Shown here: positions 1-9,019 of the stretch, piece by piece
How positions within the stretch are numbered: position 1 is the stretch's first letter
Layout: every line of letters starts with the position of its first letter
Assembly (NCBI GenBank): GCA_905250055.1
Contig: CAJNOF010001387.1
Coordinates: 1-20,578 of the forward strand
Direction: 5' to 3'
Source: Rotaria sp.
Lineage: Eukaryota
DNA length: 20,578 bases
Notes under the pieces: generated by a model
Told to the model about the DNA's origin: nothing
Databases searched by the model: none
The model's input: the letters and a program-made list of their open reading frames with translations, nothing else
Program-made: the position numbers and the translations under genes

Positions 1-84
1 CCACACCCACACCCACACCCACACACCCACACCAACACCCACACCCCACACACACCCACACCCACACCCACACTCACACCCACG
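1..84. repeat. Telomere-like irregular (CCCACA)n array, the C-rich strand of TGTGGG, at the extreme left end of the window
   Basis: Direct reading gives ccacacccacacccacaccc... with CA/CCA variants for 84 nt, then an abrupt switch to AT-rich unique sequence. The C-rich strand reading 5' to 3' inward is the orientation expected at a left chromosome end. TGTGGG is the telomeric repeat reported for bdelloid rotifers. Confidence 0.7.
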
Positions 85-346
85 AATTGTTATTGATTTT
101 CCTTCCTTGTTTATAATAATTTGAATCTATTCCCGACAAAGTAAGTTTTTCGGAAATTTTCTCATCATCAAAATGCTTAAACTTAATACCTAAACAAAAG
201 TTGACAATTTCATCAGTCTTCAACATATGTGAAAATCCTACAGAAAGCCAACCATATGTCGTTGTATATAATACAACAGTATTCAATGCGATCATTTCAA
301 ATAGAGTTTTATACAAATTGTATTTCGTCAAAAATGGAATATACTG
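74..346 (-). CDS. Terminal exon or fragment of a minus-strand gene that reads into the telomeric repeat; product unknown
   Basis: An open frame of 85+ codons on the minus strand is preceded, in minus orientation, by the acceptor-like ttaatttcag at plus 346. Its stop codon TGA is formed inside a variant telomeric unit (cactcaca). The annotated M in the ORF track is a TTG codon, not an ATG. A possible upstream exon lies at about 509-600 on the minus strand with a GTAAAT donor. I could assign no recognisable domain. Confidence 0.3.
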   Translation of the reverse strand, partial: QYIPFLTKYNLYKTLFEMIALNTVVLYTTTYGWLSVGFSHMLKTDEIVNFCLGIKFKHFDDEKISEKLTLSGIDSNYYKQGRKINNNSWV

Positions 347-615
347 AAATTAAATAGTAAGATTTATCAAAAGATTTTAAGATCGAACTTTAAGAACTCT
401 GTGTATTTTCACGAATTCATAATTAATGAACTGTGCATGCATCTTAACTTCTGTTGTCAGCTTTTAATCGATCCGTTTGTTTCGTTGATGCCAGTATTAA
501 TGATGAATTGCATTAGTGTTCTATTCCATGATTTACCTGAAACTCTACCGCATACTGATTTCGCTGACTTGTGCAATAACACAACACGTATACAATGTGC
601 ATACGTGTTGAGAAC

Positions 616-626
616 TATAAAAAAAA
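616..626 (+). promoter_or_regulatory. TATA-like element (ctataaaaaaaa), candidate core promoter of the PARP4-like gene if a 5' UTR intron ends at 843
   Basis: The motif is tataaaaaaaa. The ATG at 844 is immediately preceded by gattattttcag, an acceptor-like sequence, which suggests a 5' UTR intron. Confidence 0.2.
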
Positions 627-843
627 CACATTTCTATACTACTTTTCTTCTCTTTTTATCAAGCAGCAGATGAATGTATGAATCATCAAAATTTATAATG
701 CTAGTTTTGATACGATTTCACTCTAAAAGTGAAGCACAGACAATATTTATAATATTTTCTTTAAAGATATTAGTCAAGACGAAGGATAACAACTATAACG
801 ATTACATTCGTAGATTGGTTAGAAAGTTTTTGATTATTTTCAG

Positions 844-3800
844 ATGAAGTCGACTGCAGCATCGACTTCATTGTCATCACCATTCAATGGAAAAACTATT
901 GTACTTGAACTTGGTCGTGAAATTAGTTTTAAAGCTAAACAAGAATTAATCAAATATTTACAAGAACAACAAGCACATATTTCATATATTCTTACAGCTA
1001 GTGTATGTTTTTGTTTTATGTGGGATGAAGATGTCACTACATCTCAGTATTTTTAGACTGACTACGTTTTGATCACAAATAATGTAGATAACTATAAGAC
1101 ACGTCGTGCAAAACAACTTGGATTACCACTAGTTAATATTGAATATGTTTATGAATATCGTCGTTTACCACCTGGTCAAACAACGATCGATATAAACAAA
1201 TTTATCATGAAGTCAGTGGAAGATCAAGAAAATTTTACTAACACTGGTACTATATCCGTCATAGGTATGTATCTATCATATTTTTCAATCATATTTAAAA
1301 TGTTTATTTATTAGGACCTCGAGCTAATGCAATCAAAATCAATAAACTCGATTTAACTAAAATTAAAATTTGGAATTCAGATGATGCTAATTTACCTTGT
1401 TTCGATGAGTTAACACATTGTGAAGTTGCAAAATGGGCTATTTTTAAAGTATTGTTTTATTTAGTAGCTTTTGTTCTATCATACATATGACATTTATCAT
1501 AGGAAACGAATGATAATTCAGATGTGTACTTTGCACTTGAACTTCAAGTCATTCCTGAACAATACTATGATCGAACAATGAATGATTATCGAATACGATT
1601 TCGTTATGAAAAACAAACAATTATTAATGATGGACAACAAAAAAATAAAAAAGTATTAATACAATATGCATTCACTGATGATTCCTATGAACAACAACAA
1701 TTGTTTTCTACGTATTATTATCGAGTAGCTACAATGCCACGTGTTACACGAATTCGTGAGATGTTACCTGATAAATTAGGATCAAAACTATTGTTACGTG
1801 TATGTAAAAGAATAATTTTTTTTTTCATCTAAAAAACAATTAGTTTTAGTCTTTATTTACTCATCGTATCGATACACAAATACTTGATGAAAATGTCGGT
1901 CAATTAATCGAATCAATATGGTTAGAATCGATTGGTGATTTGAATAAAATGTTGAGCGTAGCGCCTGAATCAATCACTCTTAAAACAGTATATTTATTCA
2001 TTTTTCTATATTTAAATTCATTTTATTCTTTAATTATAATATAGATTATTGAAGCTGAAGCTGCATTACTTGAATTGAAAACAACGAATGATCCTGCTAC
2101 TGCACTTCGTTTCTATTCACTCATTCCTCATCGATCACAATATAATGTTGATCTTATAAAAAATCGTCGAGCATTAACAGAAAAAATTGATTTATGTCAA
2201 GTATGTATTATTTTATTCAATAGTTAGAAATAATCATTCGTTTGTTCAGATGCTTCGAGATATGCTCACAGTAAACGAATTAACAAATTGGAATGTTAAA
2301 GCACCAATCGAAGCCAAATATCGAGCATTAAAATGTCACATTGAAAATATCGATAGTTCAACACTAGAATTTAGAAATATTACTGAATTGATTCAATCAT
2401 CAACAGACAGGTAAGAAAAAAAAATAAAAGTTGTTTTTATAATGATAGGTTTATTCATTAGTGGTGAACAAATTGTTATTCATCAAATATTCAGTGTAGC
2501 TAAACAAACAGATGCAGTAAATTTTTGTACATCTATATCAAATCAACAGCAATTATTTCATGGATCAAAATATGCAAATTTTCTTGGAATTCTTTCACGG
2601 TAAAAAAAAATTCATTTCAATTTCTAAAACTAATAGAATTATACATATTCAGTGGTTTAGCAATGCCAAAAATGGTAGTAGAAGACTTAGGTGTCACACG
2701 TACTGATATAGGTTGTCTTGGTTATGGACTTTATTTTTCTGATTCTGCTTCAACATCTTTAAAATATACAACAGCAAGTACAACACGACCTGGTAGACGA
2801 TTGTTATGTATTTGCCAAGTAGCACTTGGTGAATCGGCTAATTATTATTCATTTGCACCAACTCTAGTCAAACCTCCTGATGGTTTTCATAGTACACATG
2901 GAGTTAAACGAATCGAAGAAAACAATTCAATGTTTATTGTAAGTAGATTGTAGAGAAAAAATTTCTTGTTAGTTTATATATCTGATTGAGAGAGAAAGAA
3001 AAGGTATGGTTTTTGCTTAGATTTAAATGACTCATATTAAGTTACACGACAAAAATTTGACAATTAATCTTCATTTCAGACTTTTTATCATTAATAATCT
3101 AACTTTAGGATAATGAATATGCAATCTATCAACTTGATCAACAACGTTTACTCTCTATTGTCGAAGTTTCATGGATACTACATGATAATTTAAATATTGA
3201 ATTAGAACGATTGCCAATTATTCATCATCAACAACATGCACTACAATTAAGTGAACATGGTAATAAGAATTAAGTAGTTTTTTATTAAAATGAAATTCAA
3301 TTTGATTATCTCTTATGTTCTAGACGAAGTTCCAATGATAATTGAAGATGAAGTTATTGAAATCGCCGAACAAGATTATGGTTTAATAAATCCATCATCG
3401 GGAAAACTTGTACCACTTAAATCATTTCATATTCGTGCTCAAATTATTGATACTACTGTTGAAGTAATTATATTAAATTTTTTTATTATTAGAGTCATAT
3501 TGTTTTTTTTTTTTTTCTAACATAAAAAGGTTGTTCTCTATCAAGTTTATCATAATACAAGTTCAATACCAATTGAAGCTAAATATGTATTTCCTCTTGA
3601 TGAAAATTCAGCTGTATGTGGTTTCGAAGCACATATCAATAATAAAGTAATAAAAGGTGTTGTCAAAGAAAAAGAACAAGCTAAAAAAGAATATCGAGAA
3701 GCAATTGAACAAGGACATGGTGCTTATTTGATGCATCAAGAACAAGCACAAGTATTTAGTGTAGCTGTTGGTAATTTACCAGCAAATAATGAAGTCATTA

Positions 3801-6800
3801 TTAAAATAACTTATGTTGCCGAATTAGAAATTGAAAATGGTGAAATTATATTTCGTCTACCAGCTAAAATGGCATCATGGCAATCGAAACAAGCACTCGA
3901 AAGTAAAGATCAATCAATCGTACGATCAATTGGTATTGCCGATGAAAAAGTTGAATTTAGTTTCAAAGCATCAATTCGAATGCCATATGAAATAATTAAA
4001 TTATTTTCACCAACACATCATCTTCGACGAAAATTAACTGATTGTATAGCAATGATTGAACTTATTGATAATGTTTTACTTGATCGAGATTTTGTTCTTT
4101 CGATAACACTTAAAACTGCTAATCTACCTCGATTATCAATTGAATCATTATTATTAGATAATGAAAATCAAACAACAATAACATCGAATAATAATGAATC
4201 TCAAGCATGTATGCTTACATTTTATCCACGATTTGAAACATTAACAAAGTCAAACGAACAAGTTGAACTTATTTTTATTATTGATGTATCCAATTCAATG
4301 GATGGTAGTCATGTACAACAAGCTAAACAAATAGCTCATTTATTTCTTACAAATTTGAAAGTCGACGATGGAAATACATACCTTAATATAGTTACATTTG
4401 GATCAGGTATATACAATGCTAATCTATAGAATTATTCTATTGTTTAAATTCGAATTATTTAGATAATGATGAATGTTTCCCAATTTCAACACCAGCAACC
4501 AAAGAAAATCTTGAGAAAGCTAAACATTTTGTTCTAGTTAGTAATTGATTTGTTTTATGTTACTATTGAAATATTATTATGTATTCTTTTATTTTAGCAT
4601 TCACTTGTTCATCGTGGTAATACAGATCTATATGCTGTTCTTCATCGTTATTCACTATTAACACCATTACCATCATCAAAATATGGTCGTCAATTTATTA
4701 TTCTATCTGATGGACATATTCATGATTTTCAATCGATTCTTGTTCTACTCGAAAATCAATCAACTATGCGTCAAGATCGTATATTTACATGTTCAATAGG
4801 TAATGTTGCTAATAAACATGGTTTGAAACAATTAGCAAATGGAGCACGTGGAGGTGGTCTAACGATTGTTTTCGATTCGAATTATCGATCAAAATGGAAA
4901 ACAAAAGTATTAAATCTTCTTGAACAAATTCGACAACCATGTGTAACAAGTATATCAATTGATTGGCATGGAAATCCAGATGAACAACAAAAATTTAATA
5001 TGCAAGCACCAAAAATAATTCGATCATTGTTTAATGGAATGCGATTAAATGTCTATCGATTTATACAAAATTGTCATAAGGCTACATTAACGGCTACTAT
5101 CGATGGACAAGAGTTTGTCACTACAGTATTTAGCAGTTCAACAACAATGACCAAAGGACGTATCTTGCATTGTTTAACGGCTCGAGCAATTATTGATGAT
5201 TATGAAAATGGAATGTTACATGTAGATGAGAGTGAAAATGAATTGATGAAAGTTCAATATAAACAAGATCTCATTGATCTAAGCATAAAACATTCGGTTG
5301 TCAGTACATATACGAGTTTTGTTGCTATCGAAGAACGTGATGCTAAAACAGATGCAAAAACTCTTCAACCAGGTTAGTAAAAAAGTTAAATAAAATAACA
5401 ACCTGGCCTCATAGTTGTCCTATTTTTCCTATATTTCCTATATTTTTGGAATCAGTCCTATAATGTCCTATTTTTTTTTAAATTTTCCTATATTCCTATA
5501 TTTAAAAAAAATGAAGGTTTGTGCCAGAAAAGTTGCATGTTTTGATAATAATAACTATAGATTTATGCGCTTTCAGTAATTTTATTAACATGTGAAACGA
5601 ATTATGTGGATAGTAGTGACAAGTATATAAGTACAACGTGTTTTATTCTTTCTATTCATTGTTTTGATGATTCACTTCTTGTATTTTTTACAACTATTAA
5701 TAGTTGTTTTTTTCTTTGTGCTTTACCCAAAATTCTTTATTAGAAAGATTGATATTTTCTGGATAATGTATGTGGAGTTTAATTATGTTAAATATTGAAA
5801 ATTATAATGAAAGTCGAAACTTTTACTATTCAAAGATATTTTAGATAATATTCAATTGATCAATTATGTGTTTTAATTTTTATTTCATCTCTTATAAAAA
5901 TTAGGATTGTTTCTATTGTACTCAAAAAGTGAGTACACTACTATAATCGGTCTGTATGTCCGTCCGGCCGTTTACACGATAACTATCGAAAAGAGAGTCA
6001 GATTGCGATGAAACTTTCTACATAATTCAGTCTTTAGAATATATCGGTCAAGTTCGAAGATGAGAAGGATCCGTCAAGAAATGGCTGTGCTATCAAAAAA
6101 ATTGTGATTTTTGGCCAGACTATCCCTGAGGGGGGGGGGGTACAGGGATCTTTCGAAAAAAAATTTTTTACTCAGAATTATTCACAAAACACATAAATCG
6201 ACTCAGTTTTTAACGCTGACCCTAAATCTGATGTTACTTTTGAACCAAATCATAGTTTTAATGTACTCAAAAAGTGAGTCCACTATAGAATTGATCAGTG
6301 TTTGCGGCCGGTCAGTTACGTGATAACTTTCGAAGGGAGAGTTAGATCCTGGTGAAATTTTCCACACAGTTCAATTTCATTAATCTTTCGGTCGAGTTCA
6401 AAGATGGATCTGATTGGATGGGCTCGTCCGAGTTATTGTAAAAATGCTGATTTATTCCTATGATTTTCGATGGAAAGATCGTTATATCGTCGCTTTTGTA
6501 AGAAACTTTTCCATCGGAGTTGAATAAAATCCCACCTGAATCATCTATAAGACAAGCTAAATTAAAGAAGAAGTAATTCGAACATTGTCAATGACCTCAT
6601 GAGCCCATAATTCGAGTTTTTTTAATCGGATCAGAGATATGCTACTTCGAGTTTCTCTGGATGAGAGAACTTGAATCTGTACTAGATTTGCTTCAAAGTC
6701 TCATCGGTTGATCAATAACCATTTAAATCAACTTATGACAAAAAATGGTTCTCTTAGAATAATTCAAGACGAGGGGTTCGAATGTGAGTTCTATTCTACT

Positions 6801-7887
6801 GTAAGTCTTTGTGGAGGGGCAGGAGTGAATAGAAGTCGTGTTTATAGAAAAGATGTCTGATGATAATTTTGCTGCTGATGCATTCTAGAATGACTCAATC
6901 TGCCTCATTCACTTTTTGTAGTACACTAAACTTTCGGATAAAATCCGAAGTTTCCGCATTTATTTTTTGACATTGATTCAAATTGTTTTTTTTGAAATAA
7001 ATTATGTGATATGCATATACATATATATATATGTATAGAATTTTATTCAAAACTGATGTCCTATAAATATCCTATATAGGAATAGATGATCCTATATAAA
7101 TGGCGTTTTAAAATCCTATATATTCCTATATGTTTACAAAGTGTCGCTACGAAGCCAGATAACAACTAATCGCTATCAGCAAACACAAAGATAATTGCTT
7201 TATTCTATTTATCTCAGGATACATTTTTTTTCATGCTATTCGTGCTTTTCAAACTCTTTTGATGAAAATTTTGATAAAGAAATTGAACTATGTAATTACT
7301 ATCTATTATAGGTGTTCATCTTCTTGATGTTATGCATGATCGAGATGTTGACTTATTACCATACATAGGATGGGATGGTAATATATCAAATTTAGATATA
7401 ATCAAACAGAAATTAATCGATGCACGTATTTCACTTGAAAGTACATCAATTCAAAGCAAAAAAGAATCTATAGTTGATATGGAAAAACTTTGTGAAAAGA
7501 TTTCTTATCGAGCAGGTGGTGATGCAAAATTTAATTTGATGATGACTGTCATACGTACGTATCGTTATACATTAAATGAGTATGAAAAAGCAAATGAAAT
7601 CGAAAATAAAATGCAAAGCGGTATGTTATATAATTATAGACAAATATTCATAAATTTTAATTCTAAAAGTTAAATAGATCTTAAAAATGAAATGATCAGT
7701 GCAACAACAGAAGAACGACAAGCACTACAACAACGATGTCAAGCTAATGATTTCATCATCGCCAGTGATGAAAAGTATGTAGAAGACAATAGAGGTGTTA
7801 ATAATAATCATAATAAAATTTCATGTTTATTTATTTTTTTATTGTAGTGAATCATTCGTCGATTTTGATGATACGATAAATGGTTAG
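844..7887 (+). CDS. PARP4: Vault poly(ADP-ribose) polymerase (PARP4/vPARP)-like protein of about 1379 aa in 17 exons, with domain order BRCT, PARP regulatory helical, PARP catalytic, VIT, vWA
   Basis: Exons (phase-consistent; total 4140 nt, which is 1380 codons): 844-1002, 1057-1264, 1315-1448, 1503-1799, 1850-1987, 2045-2200, 2250-2410, 2462-2599, 2653-2938, 3109-3259, 3324-3463, 3530-4406, 4463-4536, 4598-5372, 7312-7620, 7678-7774, 7848-7887 (TAG stop). Donors are GTATGT, GTAAGT, GTAAGA, GTTAGT or GTAATT. All introns are 47-67 bp except the 1.9 kb intron at 5373-7311. Domain motifs read from the translation: BRCT-like FNGKTIVLELG...TDYVLITNNVDNYKTRRAKQLGLPLVNIEYV; PARP helical ALRFYSLIPH; PARP catalytic LFHGSKYANFLGILSRG (H-G-S), GLYFSDSAS (Tyr) and DNEYAIYQ (catalytic Glu as in the YNEY of PARP1); VIT domain VCGFEAHINNKVIKGVVKEKEQAKKEYREAIEQG...VFSVAVGNLPANNEVIIKITYVAELE; vWA MIDAS-like IFIIDVSNSMDG...GNTDLYAVL. 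The exact 3' end is uncertain, since a GTTAGT donor overlaps the proposed stop. Confidence 0.85.
5417..5503. repeat. Cluster of TCCTATAT-like short repeats (left boundary of the intronic insertion)
   Basis: Read directly: gtcctatttttcctatatttcctatattttt...gtcctataatgtcctattttttttt...ttcctatattcctatattt. Confidence 0.6.
5928..6926. mobile_element. MITE or foldback-like internal element of about 1 kb with roughly 15-17 bp inverted termini and a diverged tandem duplication of a roughly 345 bp unit
   Basis: The left terminus at 5928-5949 is tgtactcaaaaagtgagtacac. It is itself a small hairpin (gtactc...gagtac). A direct copy sits at 6263-6284 (tgtactcaaaaagtgagtccac). The right terminus at 6910-6926 is cactttttgtagtacac, the reverse complement of gtgtactacaaaaagtg. 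Units 5928-6271 and 6263-6620 align at about 70 percent identity (ccggccg/ccggtc..gataact[at]tcgaa[ag]gagagt[ct]agat...tgaaa[ct]tt..ttcag..atcggtc[ag]agttc[ga]aagatg). Confidence 0.45.
6130..6140. repeat. Homopolymer G11 inside the intronic element
   Basis: ctgagggggggggggtacaggg is a GC-rich island in otherwise AT-rich sequence. Confidence 0.8.
7011..7036. repeat. (AT/TA)n microsatellite
   Basis: Read directly: atgcatatacatatatatatatgtat. Confidence 0.8.
7058..7132. repeat. Second cluster of TCCTATAT-like short repeats (right boundary), including a palindromic cctatatagg
   Basis: Read directly: gtcctataaatatcctatataggaatagatgatcctatataaatgg...aatcctatatattcctatatg, in the same orientation as the 5417-5503 cluster. 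Confidence 0.6.
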
Positions 7888-8617
7888 TGTAGATATTTGA
7901 TCTACTACCAAGTCAATTAACTAAAAGCAGAGCACTAATCTTGAACCTTTCGTATATCTTAGTATATAAGAAACTTTATTAAAGAGCAAATTGAGAGATA
8001 CAATATTCAATTCCATTCTTGAGATTTCACCTTTTGAATCAGTATATAGATGAAGCAACACTTTTAATGTTACTCAAAAGGATCTATTGATCTTTGAGTA
8101 GGAACTTATTTCGACTGAAAATCACCTATGAGAGTATATTTAATTTATTTTATCATATGCCTACTCTAGAATTAACTTTCTATTTAAAAAGAAAAAAAAA
8201 CAATGATAAAATTTATTAGTTTAATGGATTTTCTGACGTATTCTTCAAAATATGTTAAAATTTTGCTTATCTCATTGAGTTCAGTTCAAAAGTTCAAGAT
8301 AAACTTAAATTAAAATATGATTTTCAAAAAAATGATAGCTTTTTCTAATTTTTATGTTTAAAAAATACCTTAAACTACTTAACAGTCAATATTCATTCAA
8401 TCTCGTTAGTTCTATTTAATTATTTATGAATTCAAAGTAATATTTTACATTATTTTTCTAAAGTATTAGTCTTTTGTTACATTAATATATATGATTAAAT
8501 CTCATTATTTACATTTCTTTCATAGATATATATGTATATGAACAAATTTAATTTTAAAATAAGAGTTTGATTTCGTAGTAGAGATACAAACAATTTTGAC
8601 AAGTTTTACTTTTCAAT

Positions 8618-8958
8618 ACATATGGACGTGGGCAACCGACATGGTATCCCATTTTGATTCAGTTCTATAGTGAGGATAAAATATGCTAATGTCCGGGTCA
8701 TATGAGAGAGGATTCAAGATAATCTTGGTTTGGCTTGAACAACACCATGATTTACCGTTAGAATAAAGATGTAAAGCTAGAAGCTTATAGTGTTAGCTGA
8801 TAGCTTTTCTCGATTATTCTAACGATAAAATATGGTGTTGTTCAGGTCATACCAAAGTTATCTGGAATCCTTTCTCATATAACCCGGACAATAGTATGTT
8901 TTCTCCTCACTATAGGACTGAATCAAAATGGGATACCATGTCGGTTGCCCACGTCCAT
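8618..8958. repeat. Long near-perfect inverted repeat (hairpin or foldback) of about 340 bp, centred near 8785 (agctagaagctt)
   Basis: The outer arms atatggacgtgggcaaccgacatggtatcccattttgattcagttctatagtgagga (8620-8677) and tcctcactataggactgaatcaaaatgggataccatgtcggttgcccacgtccatat (8904-8958) are reverse complements with 1 mismatch in about 58 bp. The inner arms (about 90 bp each) are about 85 percent complementary. The structure ends about 60 bp upstream of the ATG at 9020. Confidence 0.85.
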
Positions 8959-9019
8959 ATATATGTTATAATTAATTTAATGTCCAAATTAATTACTGTA
9001 TATTTTTCATTAAGAGAAA

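Larger units (their letters stand above)
5417..7135. mobile_element. Composite TE-like insertion in the single long intron of the PARP4-like gene, bounded by degenerate TCCTATAT-motif clusters
   Basis: This intron is 1.9 kb while the other 15 are about 50 bp. The boundaries are two direct clusters of the tcctatat/cctatata motif (5417-5503 and 7058-7132), both starting TG. Between them lie an AT-rich spacer, an internal element with inverted termini and a tandem duplication. No ORF for a transposase or reverse transcriptase is visible, so it is probably non-autonomous. Confidence 0.45.

Noticed and set aside
401-673. Plus-strand 90-aa ORF 401..673 (Cys-rich, hydrophobic)
   Set aside because: It has no splice context or domain signal. 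The region is more plausibly the 5' flank or UTR of the PARP4-like gene, or exons of the minus-strand gene fragment (a possible minus exon at about 509-600).
840-1037. Minus-strand ORFs overlapping + strand exons (840..1037, 8910..9143, 9361..9621, 9993..10289, 13138..13359, 14260..14463, 14582..14785)
   Set aside because: They are antisense shadows of well-supported + strand exons (BRCT exon, exons of the Pro-rich gene, Hsp70 SBD exon). They have no splice-site support and are low complexity.
2525-2953. Large 142-aa ORF 2525..2953 taken as a single coding unit
   Set aside because: It fuses intron sequence (2600-2652) with PARP catalytic exon 9. The real structure is exon 2462-2599, a 53-bp intron, then exon 2653-2938.
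6130-6140. G11 homopolymer as a possible sequencing artefact
   Set aside because: It could be a real simple repeat inside the TE-like element. It cannot be judged without reads, so it is kept only as a repeat feature.
8904-8917. T7-promoter-like core CTCACTATAGG in the hairpin arms, and CCACTATAGGGG at 9852
   Set aside because: The upstream TAATACGA part is absent and there is no vector sequence context. Most likely a chance match. It is noted only because it occurs on both arms of the hairpin.
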